DNA of 63,533 bases, the filler included, from Octopus bimaculoides (lineage: Eukaryota), in NCBI RefSeq assembly GCF_001194135.2. It is 5 parts of 5 records of this genome, joined end to end, with 100 filler letters (N's around TTAATTAATTAA, not from the genome) between each part and the next. Parts side by side here need not be neighbours in the genome. Positions count along the whole stretch, not along the records: positions 1 to 13,926 come from NC_068983.1; positions 14,027 to 19,737 come from NC_068997.1; 3 more parts are not named here. One strand, 5' to 3'. Positions 1 through 17,790 of this stretch are shown piece by piece (position 1 is the stretch's first letter; every line of letters begins with the position of its first letter). The notes beneath the pieces were generated by a model. The model did not search any database and had not been told where the DNA came from. It was given only the letters and a program-made list of their open reading frames with translations. The translations under genes were made by a program, and so were the position numbers.

Positions 1-29
1 AAAAAAACAATAACAAAAGAACAACAAAG

Positions 30-330
30 TGAGGACGTGATACGGATAGTGTTATTGGACGCTCAGGAAAGGAAAGAGAGAGTGTATGACGTTTCGGGCG
101 TAGCCCTTCGTCGGAAAGATGGAAAGTTCGGAGAATGGAAGAACGGAGAAAGAGGAAAATGGTACTGATGCCCACGAGGTTACATTGTGAAAAGACCGGA
201 AGAGGAGGTGGTGGGGGAAAAGTTCTTTCTAAGACAGGAGAGTGAAAAAGGGAGACACCCCAATCCCGGATGTGATCCTAGGTTTCGTGTACGTAAGAAA
301 AAAACAGGCATCTTCGATAGGGGTTGAGCA
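30..330 (-). mobile_element. Penelope-like element terminal relic with degenerate minimal hammerhead motif
   Basis: Minus strand 84-120 reads ccgacga-agggctacgccc-gaaac-gtc, the CUGANGA/stem II/GAAAC/GUC layout typical of PLE terminal repeats, with the core mutated. A related copy is at 58887-58923. Confidence 0.5.
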
Positions 331-799
331 GACCACTGGGACTAAACATCAATAATTATACGTATATACACTAAATTATTTCAATAAATGAAATAATTTA
401 CACAAACACATGTACACCGTTGTCTGGAAATGCATTCATCTCTTCTCCGTCTCTTCTCCATCCTTGTTTTGTCGGTGCGTGTAGGTGCGTATGTCGGTGT
501 ATGAAACACAAACACACAAATACATACACACACGCACACACACACACACACTCTTTCACTCTTTCACTCTCTCTCCTTCTCTCTCTCATATGATATATCA
601 GTGAGAGAGTGAAGGGGACTGTGGGTAGATGGAAAAAATCGAAAATGAGTGAGACAGACTATAAAAAAAGAGAAAAACTCAAGCAAAAGGAAATAGGTAA
701 AATATTGATATGTAAACACAAATGGAAATAGAGGTAAATAGATAGGTTGCTTGATTAAAAAAAAAAAACAGATAAATAAATACCCCCACACACACACAC

Positions 800-1080
800 A
801 CACACAGAATTTGTTGGCGACGAGAGAGCTGAAGTGAGCCTAAGAAACGAAGCAAGCGTGCGCGCACGGGCATTGACACACGCGTGGGAGCGTTTAAATG
901 CTTTCACGCACGAATGTGTCACTTTATCAGCCAATATTTCGCGTTCCTGCGCGCGAGCGCGTGCATTTATTGTGTGTGTGTGTGTGAAAGTGGGACGAAG
1001 ATGACGAGTCAGTGAGCAAATCAGTGATGTGCGAATGTTTATGCAGCGGTAGCAGGTGTGTGCGCGCGCATGTATTTATG
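800..1080. promoter_or_regulatory. CpG-rich non-repeat segment, possible regulatory element
   Basis: Locally many CG/GCGC motifs, an AGCCAAT motif near 929-935, and microsatellite flanks. No TSS evidence. Confidence 0.2.
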
Positions 1081-1126
1081 TGCATGTGTCTGTGTGTGTA
1101 TGCATGCATATTATGTATTTGCCTAA

Positions 1127-1161
<35 letters not shown>

Positions 1162-1439
1162 CGAGAGAGAGAGAGAGAGAGAGAGCGTGTGCGTGTACAC
1201 ATGTTCGAGTATGTTTGTGTAGTGAACAGGTAGTGGCTTAAGCAGACATTATCTGCTCCTTTATCACAAAAAAATTGTTGTTTAGGACCTGTTTGTCTCG
1301 ACTGTGCATACCAGACAAAGTATTTGTACATATTGAGGAAGGTTTAAAAAAATTTTTGTTAAATAGTGTGGGTGTGAAATAGAGAACGATATATATAAAC
1401 AAATAGTAAATGAGTATATGCATATATACGTACAGGTAT

Positions 1440-1586
1440 GTGCATACCGACATCCACCTGTATGTATAGGTGCATATCTGGGTACAGGACATTGCAAACA
1501 AAACGTAGACGAGAAAACACACAAGCCACATAGAGAACATTCTACTTCATCAGCTACCCCTGTTTTAACACCGGCGTTTCGAAGAG

Positions 1587-1635
<49 letters not shown>

Positions 1636-1830
1636 ATATGAGTATATGCATATATATGTACATGTATGTATATACCTTCATCCACATGTACATATAGATA
1701 CATAACTGGGTACATGACGTGGCAAAAGAACATGGACAAAATGGTAAACAAGGTGCAACAAACAAGCAGGCCACATAGAAACATCCCCTTCATCAGCTGC
1801 CACCATTAAAACCCCGGCGTTTCGAAGAAT
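1440..1830 (-). repeat. Two tandem copies of a dispersed repeat carrying GAAAC...CTGATGA motifs (PLE-related); third copy at about 13310-13502
   Basis: Shared blocks ccacatag / cttcatcag / ccggcgtttcgaa at 1541-1590, 1771-1830 and 13451-13502, separated by (TA)n. Confidence 0.6.
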
Positions 1831-2142
1831 TAATGTATGTATATAATCTCGGGAGAGAGATAATTGGTGTGATAAAAGAAACTGAATGTCAAGCAATAAT
1901 AGTGACTGTATGAAATAAAATACGACAGCAAAGATAAACTGAAAGAAAGAGAGTGAGACAATATTAAGAAGAAAAAGAAAAAGAGTGAAAGAGACAGTAG
2001 TGTTATAGGAAGAGGTCTACGTCGCTTGGACTATTCTACCCACAAGGTACCTAAATTCAAGGCTACTATCAACCACCAATTCCATCATCAAGCTAAGCTC
2101 TCTGCCTCTGTTTCTGTCTGTCTGTCTCTTTGCCTCTGTCCT

Positions 2143-2192
<50 letters not shown>

Positions 2193-2599
2193 AGACACAC
2201 ACACACTGTATTTGATACCCCCACATTTAAACAATTTCTTCTCTCCTCCACCCTATCATTATTCGACCACTGACTCATTAGTTACTCAACCACTACCACC
2301 ATTCCCACCTCCACTACTACAGCTAAGTATATCCCGAAATTTTATCTGCCCCATATTGAGGAGCAGATCGTTCCAATCTATCAATTACTTGGACCTTTGC
2401 CAGATATGTGCAGATTATCCCTGGCAACAAACCTGCCTTGCTCGAAACACTCCTTCTCCCATTGAAACGGACACAATCCTTTTCAATTTGTTCCCCTCCC
2501 CCTTATCTTTTTGACAAGTGCCAGGAGGACAGTGAGAAACCACAACGGATTTCACTAGAGGCCTTAACGGCGCATGTTAAAAACCAAAAGTAATAATAG

Positions 2600-3216
2600 C
2601 CTCTGATTTAGGGGAAAGACTATCAATTTTTGAAAGAGAGGGGTTCGTCGATGCTATCGACCTCAATACCTGACAGGTACTTTATTTTATTGACTCATGA
2701 AAGGCAAGCTGGCTTCAGTGGTGTTTGAACTCAGGGCGTAAAGAGCTGGAACCACATAAATAATAACTCTTCTTTATTTTAGCACAAGGCGAGCTATTAT
2801 TAAAGGGAGGGGTAAATCGATTACATCGATCCCAGTACTTGACAGGTACATTATTTTATCGAACTTGAAAGAATGAAAAGCAACGTTGACCTCGGTGAAA
2901 TATGAACTCAGAACATAAAGAGCGGGAAGAAATGCCCGAAAGCATTTTAACCCACGCTCTAATGATTCAGCCAATTAACCATTGCAATAATAATAATTTG
3001 CAGATTTTGACACAATGCCAGCAATTTTTGATGAAGGAAGGCAAGTAGATTACATCCCCCCCCCTCCCATTACTTGTCTGATACTTTATTTTATCAACTT
3101 CGAAAAGGTGAAAGGAATAGTTGAGTTCGGCGGTATTTAAACTCAGAACGTAAAGCCGGAACAAATGCCGCTAAAGGTTTTTGACCGGCATGCCAACGAT
3201 TCTAGCAGCTCACCAG
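2600..3216 (-). mobile_element. Three head-to-tail tRNA-derived SINEs (family A)
   Basis: Repeated reverse-complement core aaagtcgacctcggcggaatttgaactcagaacgtaaag ending in the head gccagctcgccgcc; copies separated by (TAA)n. Confidence 0.85.
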
Positions 3217-4509
3217 TGTTATTCGTTATTGAAAGAAAATAAACAAATAGGGAAATTATCACTTTCAAAAGATGGAAATGACCATTTACCGATTATGTTT
3301 TTAATCTACAAGCTTTTTATTAATCACTGAAGGGGAAAGCAAAAAGTTGCTTTCATTAAGATAACAAGCAAATCATTCCCTTTTCTTATCTAACGGCCGC
3401 TGTCAGTTCTGATTCTTTTGCCAAAGGATTTTCTCCACCTGCAGGCAATCGTCCTACCTTTCTAACCAACTTAGTTTTAGCCTCTCTGTCTCTGATAGTA
3501 GTAGTAGTAGTAGTAGTAGTTCTACTGTTGAGGTCACCATCTTCATTACTTGTCGTACCTACGATTTCACTAACGCCATTAACAAATCTCTTCCACCCCA
3601 TCCTAGTTAAATTCCGCTCAATTACTGCATAATTACGTATCGAATATGAGTCGATATTGAATCGTCCGGACCTGAACTATCAGCCGTAAAAGTCGGCAGT
3701 TCGTAGCCTAGGACTGATGCTGCACATGTCCTTTGTCATTTTCCTTGGTTATCAACTTTTCAGTGGCTAACCACTCAAAATTAAGTATCGACTTAGCCGA
3801 ACCCGCGAAGTCTCCGAACTATCCGTCGAGGGAGTCAATAGTTCGAATCCTACGACTAATGCTGCGTTAAGTCCATAATCAATACTTTTAATTAGCTCTC
3901 AACTGTCCTGTGGTAACAAAACTCGTTAGGTACTAAAGAAGGAAGTGGTGTACCGATGTAAGTCGTGGAAATACTGAAAAGCTGCCAAGCGTTTCACTAT
4001 CTTCTACTTCTGAACGCGAGAACTATTACCACTAATCTAGAGTGAATTCGAAACTGAATAACATCCTTAAGTACTGTCAAACCAGAAACTTCATGATATC
4101 TCAGCCTCTTCAATTACCCTTATGGGGGGGGGGACTCGATCTACTAAGAATGGCAGTCAAACCACATTCAAATTGCACTTTGCCGTCTTAAAAGTGGAAG
4201 AAGATATTGGATAGTGTAGTTTAGTCTAGTATTGAATACACAATATTTCCCGCCAAAGAAGAGATAGTAAGAAGAAATAGCGCCAGGTCAGCTAGACTGA
4301 CCTGGCGCTAAGCAACAATACTTTGTATGAGTTCCAAACATTGAATAAAAAATGTTTGGTTTTTTTTTTATTCTATTTCTATTTTAAAAAAATTGTGAAG
4401 AAGTGTTATTAGCTATTATTGCTAGAAATAAGGCCCAATACAAACAAATCCAGAAGCAAAACAGTGTTGTGAAAAATTATCAGTATTAACATTATTATCA
4501 ACGTAGACA

Positions 4510-4985
4510 TAAGCAGCGCGTTGGCGGAATTGTTAGCGCATCGCGCAAAATGGTTAATGGCATTTCTCCCTGCTTTATACGTTCTGAGTTCAAATTCCGC
4601 CAAGGTCGACTTCGCTTTCCATAAAATACCAGTCAAATACTGGGGTCTATCCCACTTCTGTTTAAATTGCTGACCTTCTGCAAAAATTTGACAGTTATTA
4701 TTAATATAGATAAAGGCAGCGCGCTGGCAGAATCGTTATTACACCCGACAAAATACTTCGCAGCATTTCTCCCACCTCTTTTCGTTTTGAGTTCAAAATC
4801 CGTTGAGGTCGATTTTGCCTTTCATCCCTTCGGGGTTGATAAAATAAGTATTAGCCGAGTACTGGTCTTGTGCCAAAATCTGAAACAATTATAGGGCGGC
4901 GAGGTGACATAATCGCTAGAGCGTCGGACACAGTGCTTAGCGACATTTGTTCCGGCTCTTGTGCCAAAATCTCAAACATTTATTA
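4510..4985 (+). mobile_element. Three tandem family A SINE copies (last truncated)
   Basis: gcagcgcgctggcagaatcgtta...gttctgagttcaaattccgccaaggtcgac A/B-box-like head and body. Confidence 0.8.
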
Positions 4986-7379
4986 ACACAGACACAAGAG
5001 TGCAAGATTTAATCGAATTCAGTACTTGATTTCAACTTTTCACTGGTATGGATACCCAAATCGGACCTCCTCGTAATATACATAACATTGTTACAATATT
5101 ATCAATGAATGCTGCTTTCATTGATATATGCATTTTACAACCGACTTTCACACGCATTCACACGCACAGATACACACACATACACACGACTATACTACCT
5201 CTTTTAGTATAGAATTATGGTTTCTGTATTAACAAGCTTCTTGGTAAATATTATATCTGAGAGCCTCTTCAGACTGCGCTGCTTATTTCACTGGCCTTGG
5301 AAGGAGGAAGGGCAGAATTGACAAGACATTTAGACAGTTATACGTTTGTACAGCATAAAACTAAATAAATTTAATGCATTTAACAATACTAAAGCTTTTA
5401 AATAGATTTAGGATACTGGAATATTATAGTTGTGTACACTTAATTAAGCAAATACATATGAACAAAGGCGTTCCAGCTATGACCATCATGTCTTTTAAGT
5501 CATTTATTGTTTCAGTTTGTCTTTCATTTATAAGATTCGTGGGAGATTTAGCTATTATCTCCACCAGGCCTAGAAACCACGTAGACATCACCCCATCCCT
5601 GTTACCTGTAACTACTTATAAATTTTTTTTTAAACCTGCATTTTTCACCATGTGCTGCAACATCTACGACTGACTATGTTTTGGGAGTGCTGCTTTCATA
5701 TGTAGAATGTCACTCATGCCTTGGTCACTGCTATATCTTCGATCAGAATCAAACACAACAGGGAAGGGAAAAAATCTTTTGCAATTATCGAAATCTTCAT
5801 TTTCAACATGAATGTACTGTCTACTTCTCTACCACTTCTACTGGAGTATATTGAACGCTGTAGACTAACAGTCTTAAGCATATCTGTTACACCTGTCTTT
5901 CTCATCAATCACATCCGACTTTTTCCTCAAACCAACAGTGCCTGAGAGAAACTTGGTGAGTTTTTGTTTGTTTGTGTGTAAAAAAAACATTCACCAGAAA
6001 GTCTCACAAAAATTAAAAACAAATGCCTTTTTTAATAAAGCCATGCAGACTGTGAGGATCTAAGCTGTAGCTTGCTTAGTTTAGACCTAAATCAGGCATT
6101 AACCCTAAACCTTACATAAAGGATCATTTCCCAATCGAACTATTTCTCCTTCCTACATGCTTCAACAAGGCCCTAATATTCACATCGATTCCACTTGATA
6201 CACCACCGTTCTAGAAAAGATTTCCTCTCGACTACCACCCTCGACAGCGTCCTTCTAGAGTCAGTAAGAAGGCCTCGTATTGGCAGCTAAATGTTCCTCA
6301 ATTCACACCTTACCATCTTTAACAAGCACAAGTTAAGTAATACGACCTTGGATTCCCAGCACACAGTAAAAGAAAACACGATGGTAATGGTTGGCCTGCT
6401 TTTAATCATAAGTTTGCGCAATCGGGATTGACCTGGGGTTAAACAAAGTCGACTACAGCAACAATGTATTCTTGCTTCCATACAGTAAGAATGGACCGAG
6501 TGAGAAGAGGAATTGGGAAGTGTTGGTTAGGGTGAGTGGAAATACATATAAGGTGGAGGTCGTTGTTCTTTAGCCTTAATTTAACCTTTATTGAAAAAAT
6601 CTATAATCGTAAGCATTTCTATCATGGTCATCCCGTCTTTTCAAAAGTATTTAGGTCTATATTGCTGAAAATATCTTTTAGTCTCTTATTTATTACTGTA
6701 GTGTAATTTTTGGGAGATTTGACTGCTATATCTAGCAGACTAAGCTACCACGTAGATTTTCTTGTTGGTTTTGTTGCCTTTGAAAATATGCATATTTGGG
6801 ATGTTGCTATATCAAATGATGCACAGTTAATTACAATAGCAGCAGTGGCAACAGAAACAGTAACAACAACAACAACAGCATAGCCGCTATAACCATAACA
6901 ACAACAACAACAAAAACAATTACTGTAACAAAAACACTAACAGCAACAAACAAATCGGCCACGCTCAACGAGTGACACCTCTGTGTAGTTACCTTACATG
7001 CTTGAAATAAAAATTAGACTCTCTCAAAATTACACCTTACTGCTTTGAAAAAAGAAGGACACAGTGAATAATGTCGTCAGACGGGATAGCCACAAATAGA
7101 ATGTCCTTGATCATAGGTATGTTCGATTAGGGATGATTTGGGACTAAACACTAAGCACAAGGCCGGCAATTTTTGATGGGAGGGGGTTATGCGATGCCAA
7201 CGGCCCCAGTACCGACTTTACTTTTTATTAATTTCTACTTATTTATTCACCCCCAAAAGGATGAAATACAAAGTTTAACATCAGCAGGAGGATTTGAACT
7301 CTGGATTTGAGAAGCGGAAAGAAATACCGGAAAATAATATTTTGTGATGCCTTAAAGATTCTGACAATGCAAGGCTTTA

Positions 7380-12000
<4,621 letters not shown>

Positions 12001-12654
12001 ATGGCTCGGCCTGCTGGAAATAGCAGCGATATCGCTTAACGCATCGCACCTGCCTGCGTAGTCGTCGATATCTCTCTTAAAAGCCAAGATGGTCAATAGC
12101 TAAAATGCCACTGTTAAAATGTTGACCTTGGACTAAACTACATCAATAGCGACCAGAACAACAGCTACAATTTAAAGAATGTGAGTTGCGACAAGGAAAG
12201 CGAAAATTGAGAACTCAGAGAAAGTTTGAAAACCTTTATTTGAATAATAGATTGACATATTTAAATAATAGATTGACATATTTAAATAATGGAATGACAT
12301 AATAATAAATGTTTAGCATTCAATGTAATAGATGTATTATTTTCCCGTGATATCGAAATATAATGAATGTGTATGTTTATGGCAATATTATCCCTAACTG
12401 TAATGCATTTCTTAGTATCCCTACGAGTAAAACTAGTATTGTTATACCTAAAGGTACTTTCTAAGTTATCTTTTCAATGTTTCCAATGAAGGTTGCATCA
12501 ACGGGGATGCTTGATGTAAAAAGTCTCAACTAACAACAGGCTCGTTATCTCCGAAGACAAACTTTTCAAGTTAACACATTATGTTATACAAGCATATATA
12601 ACCATTTTCAAGCGCGCGCACACACACACACACGCACACACACGCGCACGCACG

Positions 12655-12719
<65 letters not shown>

Positions 12720-13191
12720 NNNNNNNNNNNNNNNNNNNNNNNNNNNNNNNNNNNNNNNNNNNNNNNNNNNNNNNNNNNNNNNNNNNNNNNNNNNNNNNNN
12801 NNNNNNNNNNNNNNNNNNNNNNNNNNNNNNNNNNNNNNNNNNNNNNNNNNNNNNNNNNNNNNNNNNNNNNNNNNNNNNNNNNNNNNNNNNNNNNNNNNNN
12901 NNNNNNNNNNNNNNNNNNNNNNNNNNNNNNNNNNNNNNNNNNNNNNNNNNNNNNNNNNNNNNNNNNNNNNNNNNNNNNNNNNNNNNNNNNNNNNNNNNNN
13001 NNNNNNNNNNNNNNNNNNNNNNNNNNNNNNNNNNNNNNNNNNNNNNNNNNNNNNNNNNNNNNNNNNNNNNNNNNNNNNNNNNNNNNNNNNNNNNNNNNNN
13101 NNNNNNNNNNNNNNNNNNNNNNNNNNNNNNNNNNNNNNNNNNNNNNNNNNNNNNNNNNNNNNNNNNNNNNNNNNNNNNNNNNNNNNNTACA

Positions 13192-13247
<56 letters not shown>

Positions 13248-13823
13248 AAATATAAATAATATATATATGCATATATACATACATATATGTACATACCCAC
13301 ACACATATACATGCATACATGGGTGCAGGACGTCAAAAAAAACCCTGAACAAAATGAGAAACGAGAACATGAAAAACAAAAACATGCAAAACAAACCCCC
13401 TTTTCGGACAACGAAAGAAACAAATAGAGAAACGAGACAGGCAGCATAATGAACATTCCCTTCATCAGTTGTCCCCTGTTTTATCTACTCCGCGTTTCGA
13501 ATGTATGTGTATATATATATATATACATATGTACGTGTGTGTGATGTGCGTGCTTGCGTACTAGGGTCAATTTGTTCGACTAAGCATTTCAAGGCGGTAC
13601 CCCAGCATGGCCACAGTCTAATGACTAAAATATATATGTATATACACACACACACACACACATAATGTATATATGCATCTATATATATGTATGTATATAT
13701 ATTTATATATGTATATATATATATATATATGTATGTGTGCATATATATAGGGAGAATTCACAAAAAAAAACAAGACATGTATGAATATATATATATATAT
13801 ACATGTATGTATGTACGTGTGTT

Positions 13824-13861
<38 letters not shown>

Positions 13862-13926
13862 CATGTGTATATGCAAGTATATCTATTTATGCATATATAT
13901 ATATATATGTATATAATATGTATATA

Positions 13927-14026
13927 NNNNNNNNNNNNNNNNNNNNNNNNNNNNNNNNNNNNNNNNNNNNTTAATTAATTAANNNNNNNNNNNNNNNNNN
14001 NNNNNNNNNNNNNNNNNNNNNNNNNN
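13927..14026. other. Assembly join marker N44-TTAATTAATTAA-N44 (the 12-mer also at 19782-19793, 26299-26310, 54234-54245)
   Basis: Identical 12-mer, with stops in all six frames, centred in 100-bp N blocks four times. Confidence 0.95.
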
Positions 14027-14664
14027 AGAGAGAGAGAGAGAGAAAGAGAGAGAGCGACAAATAGACAGCCAGAAACAGAGACAGAGACAGACAAACAGAG
14101 AGGAGTAGGAGGAGGAGATTTGTTTCTTGCCTTTTCATTTTAAGAATATATAGACATTTAGGGAGATGGACCCGTGTGACAAAAACTTTTGTCCCTATGA
14201 AATTTGATGTGTTGGTCATTTTCCTGCCCATTTTTTTCCCAATCGAACTTCTTAGAAGTGCAGACAGACAGCTGATTATGCGTTGCTCCAGTAGCAGTGT
14301 CAACGCGAGCCTACAATATTGAAACATCGCTGCATTTGTTGTCTCCTCGATCAAATATGTCTAGAGTTAGATAGCTCATTCAACAGCCTCGGTGTAGATA
14401 TATCTACGATATGTGTTGTTTCCTTGCTCATATATGACTAGTAAAAGCATAATGGTTTACTCAGCACGCTCAGTGTGTGTATCATACCTCAGTGCGTGTA
14501 TCTCTTTGATACGGTGCTGAGACAAGTAACTGAATCAGTATGCATACGAGAATATGACTCCAGTCTTATCTGTGTGACCGAGAAAGTTAACACTAAGGAA
14601 ATATGCGCCAGAGATGCATGCACCTCCCATATACACACATATAGATTTGTGTATTGTTGCTTCT

Positions 14665-14935
14665 GGACATGCATATGGTCTTGTATATATCTATATGTGC
14701 GTATGTGCACATGTAGAGGCGTATCAATTTATACGTGCATGTATTTATGTGTATGTGTGTGTGTATATATATTGTATTCTTCCAATACTGAAACACGTGT
14801 AGTTCCTTCATATTTAATATACTTGTGGCCATGCATATGGCCTTGTATATATCTATATGTGCTTATGTGCACATGTAGAGGTGTATCAATTTATACGTGC
14901 ATGTATTTATGTGTATGTATGCGTGTATATATATA
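14665..14935 (+). repeat. Local direct duplication of a ~105-bp unit, period ~165 bp
   Basis: catgcatatgg(t/c)cttgtatatatctatatgtgc...gtatcaatttatacgtgcatgtatttatgtgtatg occurs at about 14667 and 14828. Confidence 0.85.
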
Positions 14936-16199
14936 TATATATACATATATNNNNNNNNNNNNNNNNNNNNNNNNNNNNNNNNNNNNNNNNNNNNNNNNNN
15001 NNNNNNNNNNNNNNNNNNNNNNNNNNNNNNNNNNNNNNNNNNNNNNNNNNNNNNNNNNNNNNNNNNNNNNNNNNNNNNNNNNNNNNNNNNNNNNNNNNNN
15101 NNNNNNNNNNNNNNNNNNNNNNNNNNNNNNNNNNNNNNNNNNNNNNNNNNNNNNNNNNNNNNNNNNNNNNNNNNNNNNNNNNNNNNNNNNNNNNNNNNNN
15201 NNNNNNNNNNNNNNNNNNNNNNNNNNNNNNNNNNNNNNNNNNNNNNNNNNNNNNNNNNNNNNNNNNNNNNNNNNNNNNNNNNNNNNNNNNNNNNNNNNNN
15301 NNNNNNNNNNNNNNNNNNNNNNNNNNNNNNNNNNNNNNNNNNNNNNNNNNNNNNNNNNNNNNNNNNNNNNNNNNNNNNNNNNNNNNNNNNNNNNNNNNNN
15401 NNNNNNNNNNNNNNNNNNTCGTGATGTGCAAACTGATACCATGAGTTTACTGTCAGATATACTCATTATGTTATTTTTGTATTATTTGAAATAGAATACC
15501 CGCATATCGATTAATCCCCCAAAATTGAATATTGACTTTTATCAGATACTTTGTATATTTAAAGATGAATATATAAAGATATACGATAAATTAGACCTCA
15601 AATTACGATATGTAGATGCATATAACTCTGCAGGATTACACCTGATTGATTTGGGGTGTTTTTCAGTGGGGTATATTTAGATTTTTAGCTTGGCAGAATT
15701 GAAGCCGCCCATCAAGAAAGTGGCAAAGTACTTTTCTCTAAAGGAAAACAAGCGTTTGGACTTGTGATTATCTGAAATGGTTCAAGCATGCATATATGTG
15801 TGTGTGTTGTGCATATGTGTGCGTACGTGTGATTCGATGTGCAAATGTGATTGTGTCCTTATATTCATACAGGAAGTTCAATTGGAGAATCCCTAGTGTG
15901 TGTTTTTACATGTGCATGTTTATAAACATATATATATATGTATCATTGTGTGCATGTAAGTGTGTGTGTGTATGCGTGTGTGTTTGTATACATGTACCAT
16001 ATATTATATATGTGTTCATGGAGATAGGTGCATGTGTGTATGTAAGTATGTGTAATTACAAATGTAAGGTTATACAAACGAATACATATATTATTGACAT
16101 TCTTCGTAGAGTTTTGCTTTGCAAGCCGACTTGCGCTTTCTTTTTTCTTTGTAACACGTCATTCAAATACGATTGATTCTATTTAGCATATACCTATTA

Positions 16200-16441
16200 T
16201 GTTTTATCTTTTATCTTTTACATGCTTAGTCATAGGACAACGACCCAGCTGGGGCACCATCTCGAAGGGTTCAATCGAACAAATCAATAAAAAATACTTG
16301 TTTTTTTGTTTTTTTTAAGCCTGGTTTTCACTCCTCCGGATTCTTTTACCGAACCACTTGGTTACGAAGACATAAACAAAGCAACTCCGGTTGTTAAGTA
16401 GTAGTGGAGAAACAAATACAAGCAAAAACGAGCGAGAACAG

Positions 16442-16445
<4 letters not shown>
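16200..16445 (-). mobile_element. Decayed SINE 3' part (family D); related copies at about 13555-13630(+), 26020-26225(+), 32130-32340(+), 51780-51845(-)
   Basis: Shared motifs ttgacaaccggtg...gtaacttagcggttcggcaaaa...tcgactaaaatccttcaaggcggtgctccagcatggc. Confidence 0.7.
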
Positions 16446-16501
<56 letters not shown>

Positions 16502-16877
16502 NNNNNNNNNNNNNNNNNNNNNNNNNNNNNNNNNNNNNNNNNNNNNNNNNNNNNNNNNNNNNNNNNNNNNNNNNNNNNNNNNNNNNNNNNNNNNNNNNNN
16601 NNNNNNNNNNNNNNNNNNNNNNNNNNNNNNNNNNNNNNNNNNNNNNNNNNNNNNNNNNNNNNNNNNNNNNNNNNNNNNNNNNNNNNNNNNNNNNNNNNNN
16701 NNNNNNNNNNNNNNNNNNNNNNNNNNNNNNNNNNNNNNNNNNNNNNNNNNNNNNNNNNNNNNNNNNNNNNNNNNNNNNNNNNNNNNNNNNNNNNNNNNNN
16801 NNNNNNNNNNNNNNNNNNNNNNNNNNNNNNNNNNNNNNNNNNNNNNNNNNNNNNNNNNNNNNNNNNNNNNNNNNNNN

Positions 16878-16926
<49 letters not shown>

Positions 16927-17219
16927 ATGCTTATATTTTATTTCATTTTCGAAGCTGTGGCTCTTTTATAGCTTCGATGAGTTTCACGTTTTCTTTCTTT
17001 TTTTTTTTTCAATACACCATTTTAAAAAATCGTTGTAATGCACTTACAGGGAGACTTCTACAGACTAAAAAAAGAAAAAGAAGAAAAAAACAGAAAAACA
17101 ACTCCGTACTAAAATACAGTATCCAGAACAGTACAAAGAAAACTATCTGCAATGAAATGACTTCATTTTGGATAAAATATAGCAAATATATCATATCTTC
17201 TAACACCGGCTAAACACAT

Positions 17220-17790
17220 ACATTCACAGAGAGATATAGCGAATGCTTACACAGGTTCAAAATGCCAGTGACGAAATTACTACTTAGAAGATACATTTAG
17301 ATTCTTCTCCACAAACAAAACACTTGATAAAGAAATCCACAGAATAAAAACAAACACTAATGAACAACTGTTATTCCAACGAACGAATAGAACAAGCATT
17401 AAAACAATAGATACACAAATACAGCTCTTATTAAAATTACACAAACCATCAATACATAAATCGTATTATACGAATCAAATGCATAGTAACTATAAAGTAA
17501 ATGAATACATTATTAATGACCTCATAAAACAGAATAGAAAATGCGTTACAACAAACTATAAACCAACGTTAATAATATACTACAAATATACTAAAATTAA
17601 AAATGTTCTTAATAAGAAAGCACAAACATGTAAATCCACAAATAAGCTACTTAATCACTAAATTGATTTATAAATTTGATTGTATATGTGGAAGTTGTAA
17701 ATTTCACGACTGCAATTCATATATTGGTCATACAAGTACGATACTCTCCCGCCGACTCACTATGTACTGACAATAAGCAATTGCAATGCA
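17220..17790 (+). mobile_element. Penelope-like element relic: RT thumb/linker to GIY-YIG endonuclease
   Basis: Frameshifted translation LDKEIHRIK..LMNNCYSNERIEQ, YTNQMHSNYK and IYKFDCICGSC...SYIGHTSTILSRRLT (GIY-YIG Y..C / YIG.T...RR pattern). Confidence 0.8.

Noticed and set aside
12241-12300. 21-bp tandem repeat (about 2.5 units); also a 14-bp duplication at about 22298-22325
   Set aside because: Ordinary slippage duplications with no spacers or further structure.
13971-13982. TTAATTAATTAA islands inside N runs (four times) as a biological repeat or CRISPR-like spacer
   Set aside because: The fixed 44N-12-44N geometry and six-frame stops mark an artificial scaffold join. Order and distance across these joins are uncertain.
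13983-14400. 127-aa minus-strand ORF (MIEETTNAAM...)
   Set aside because: It runs into microsatellite and gap, with no recognisable domain.
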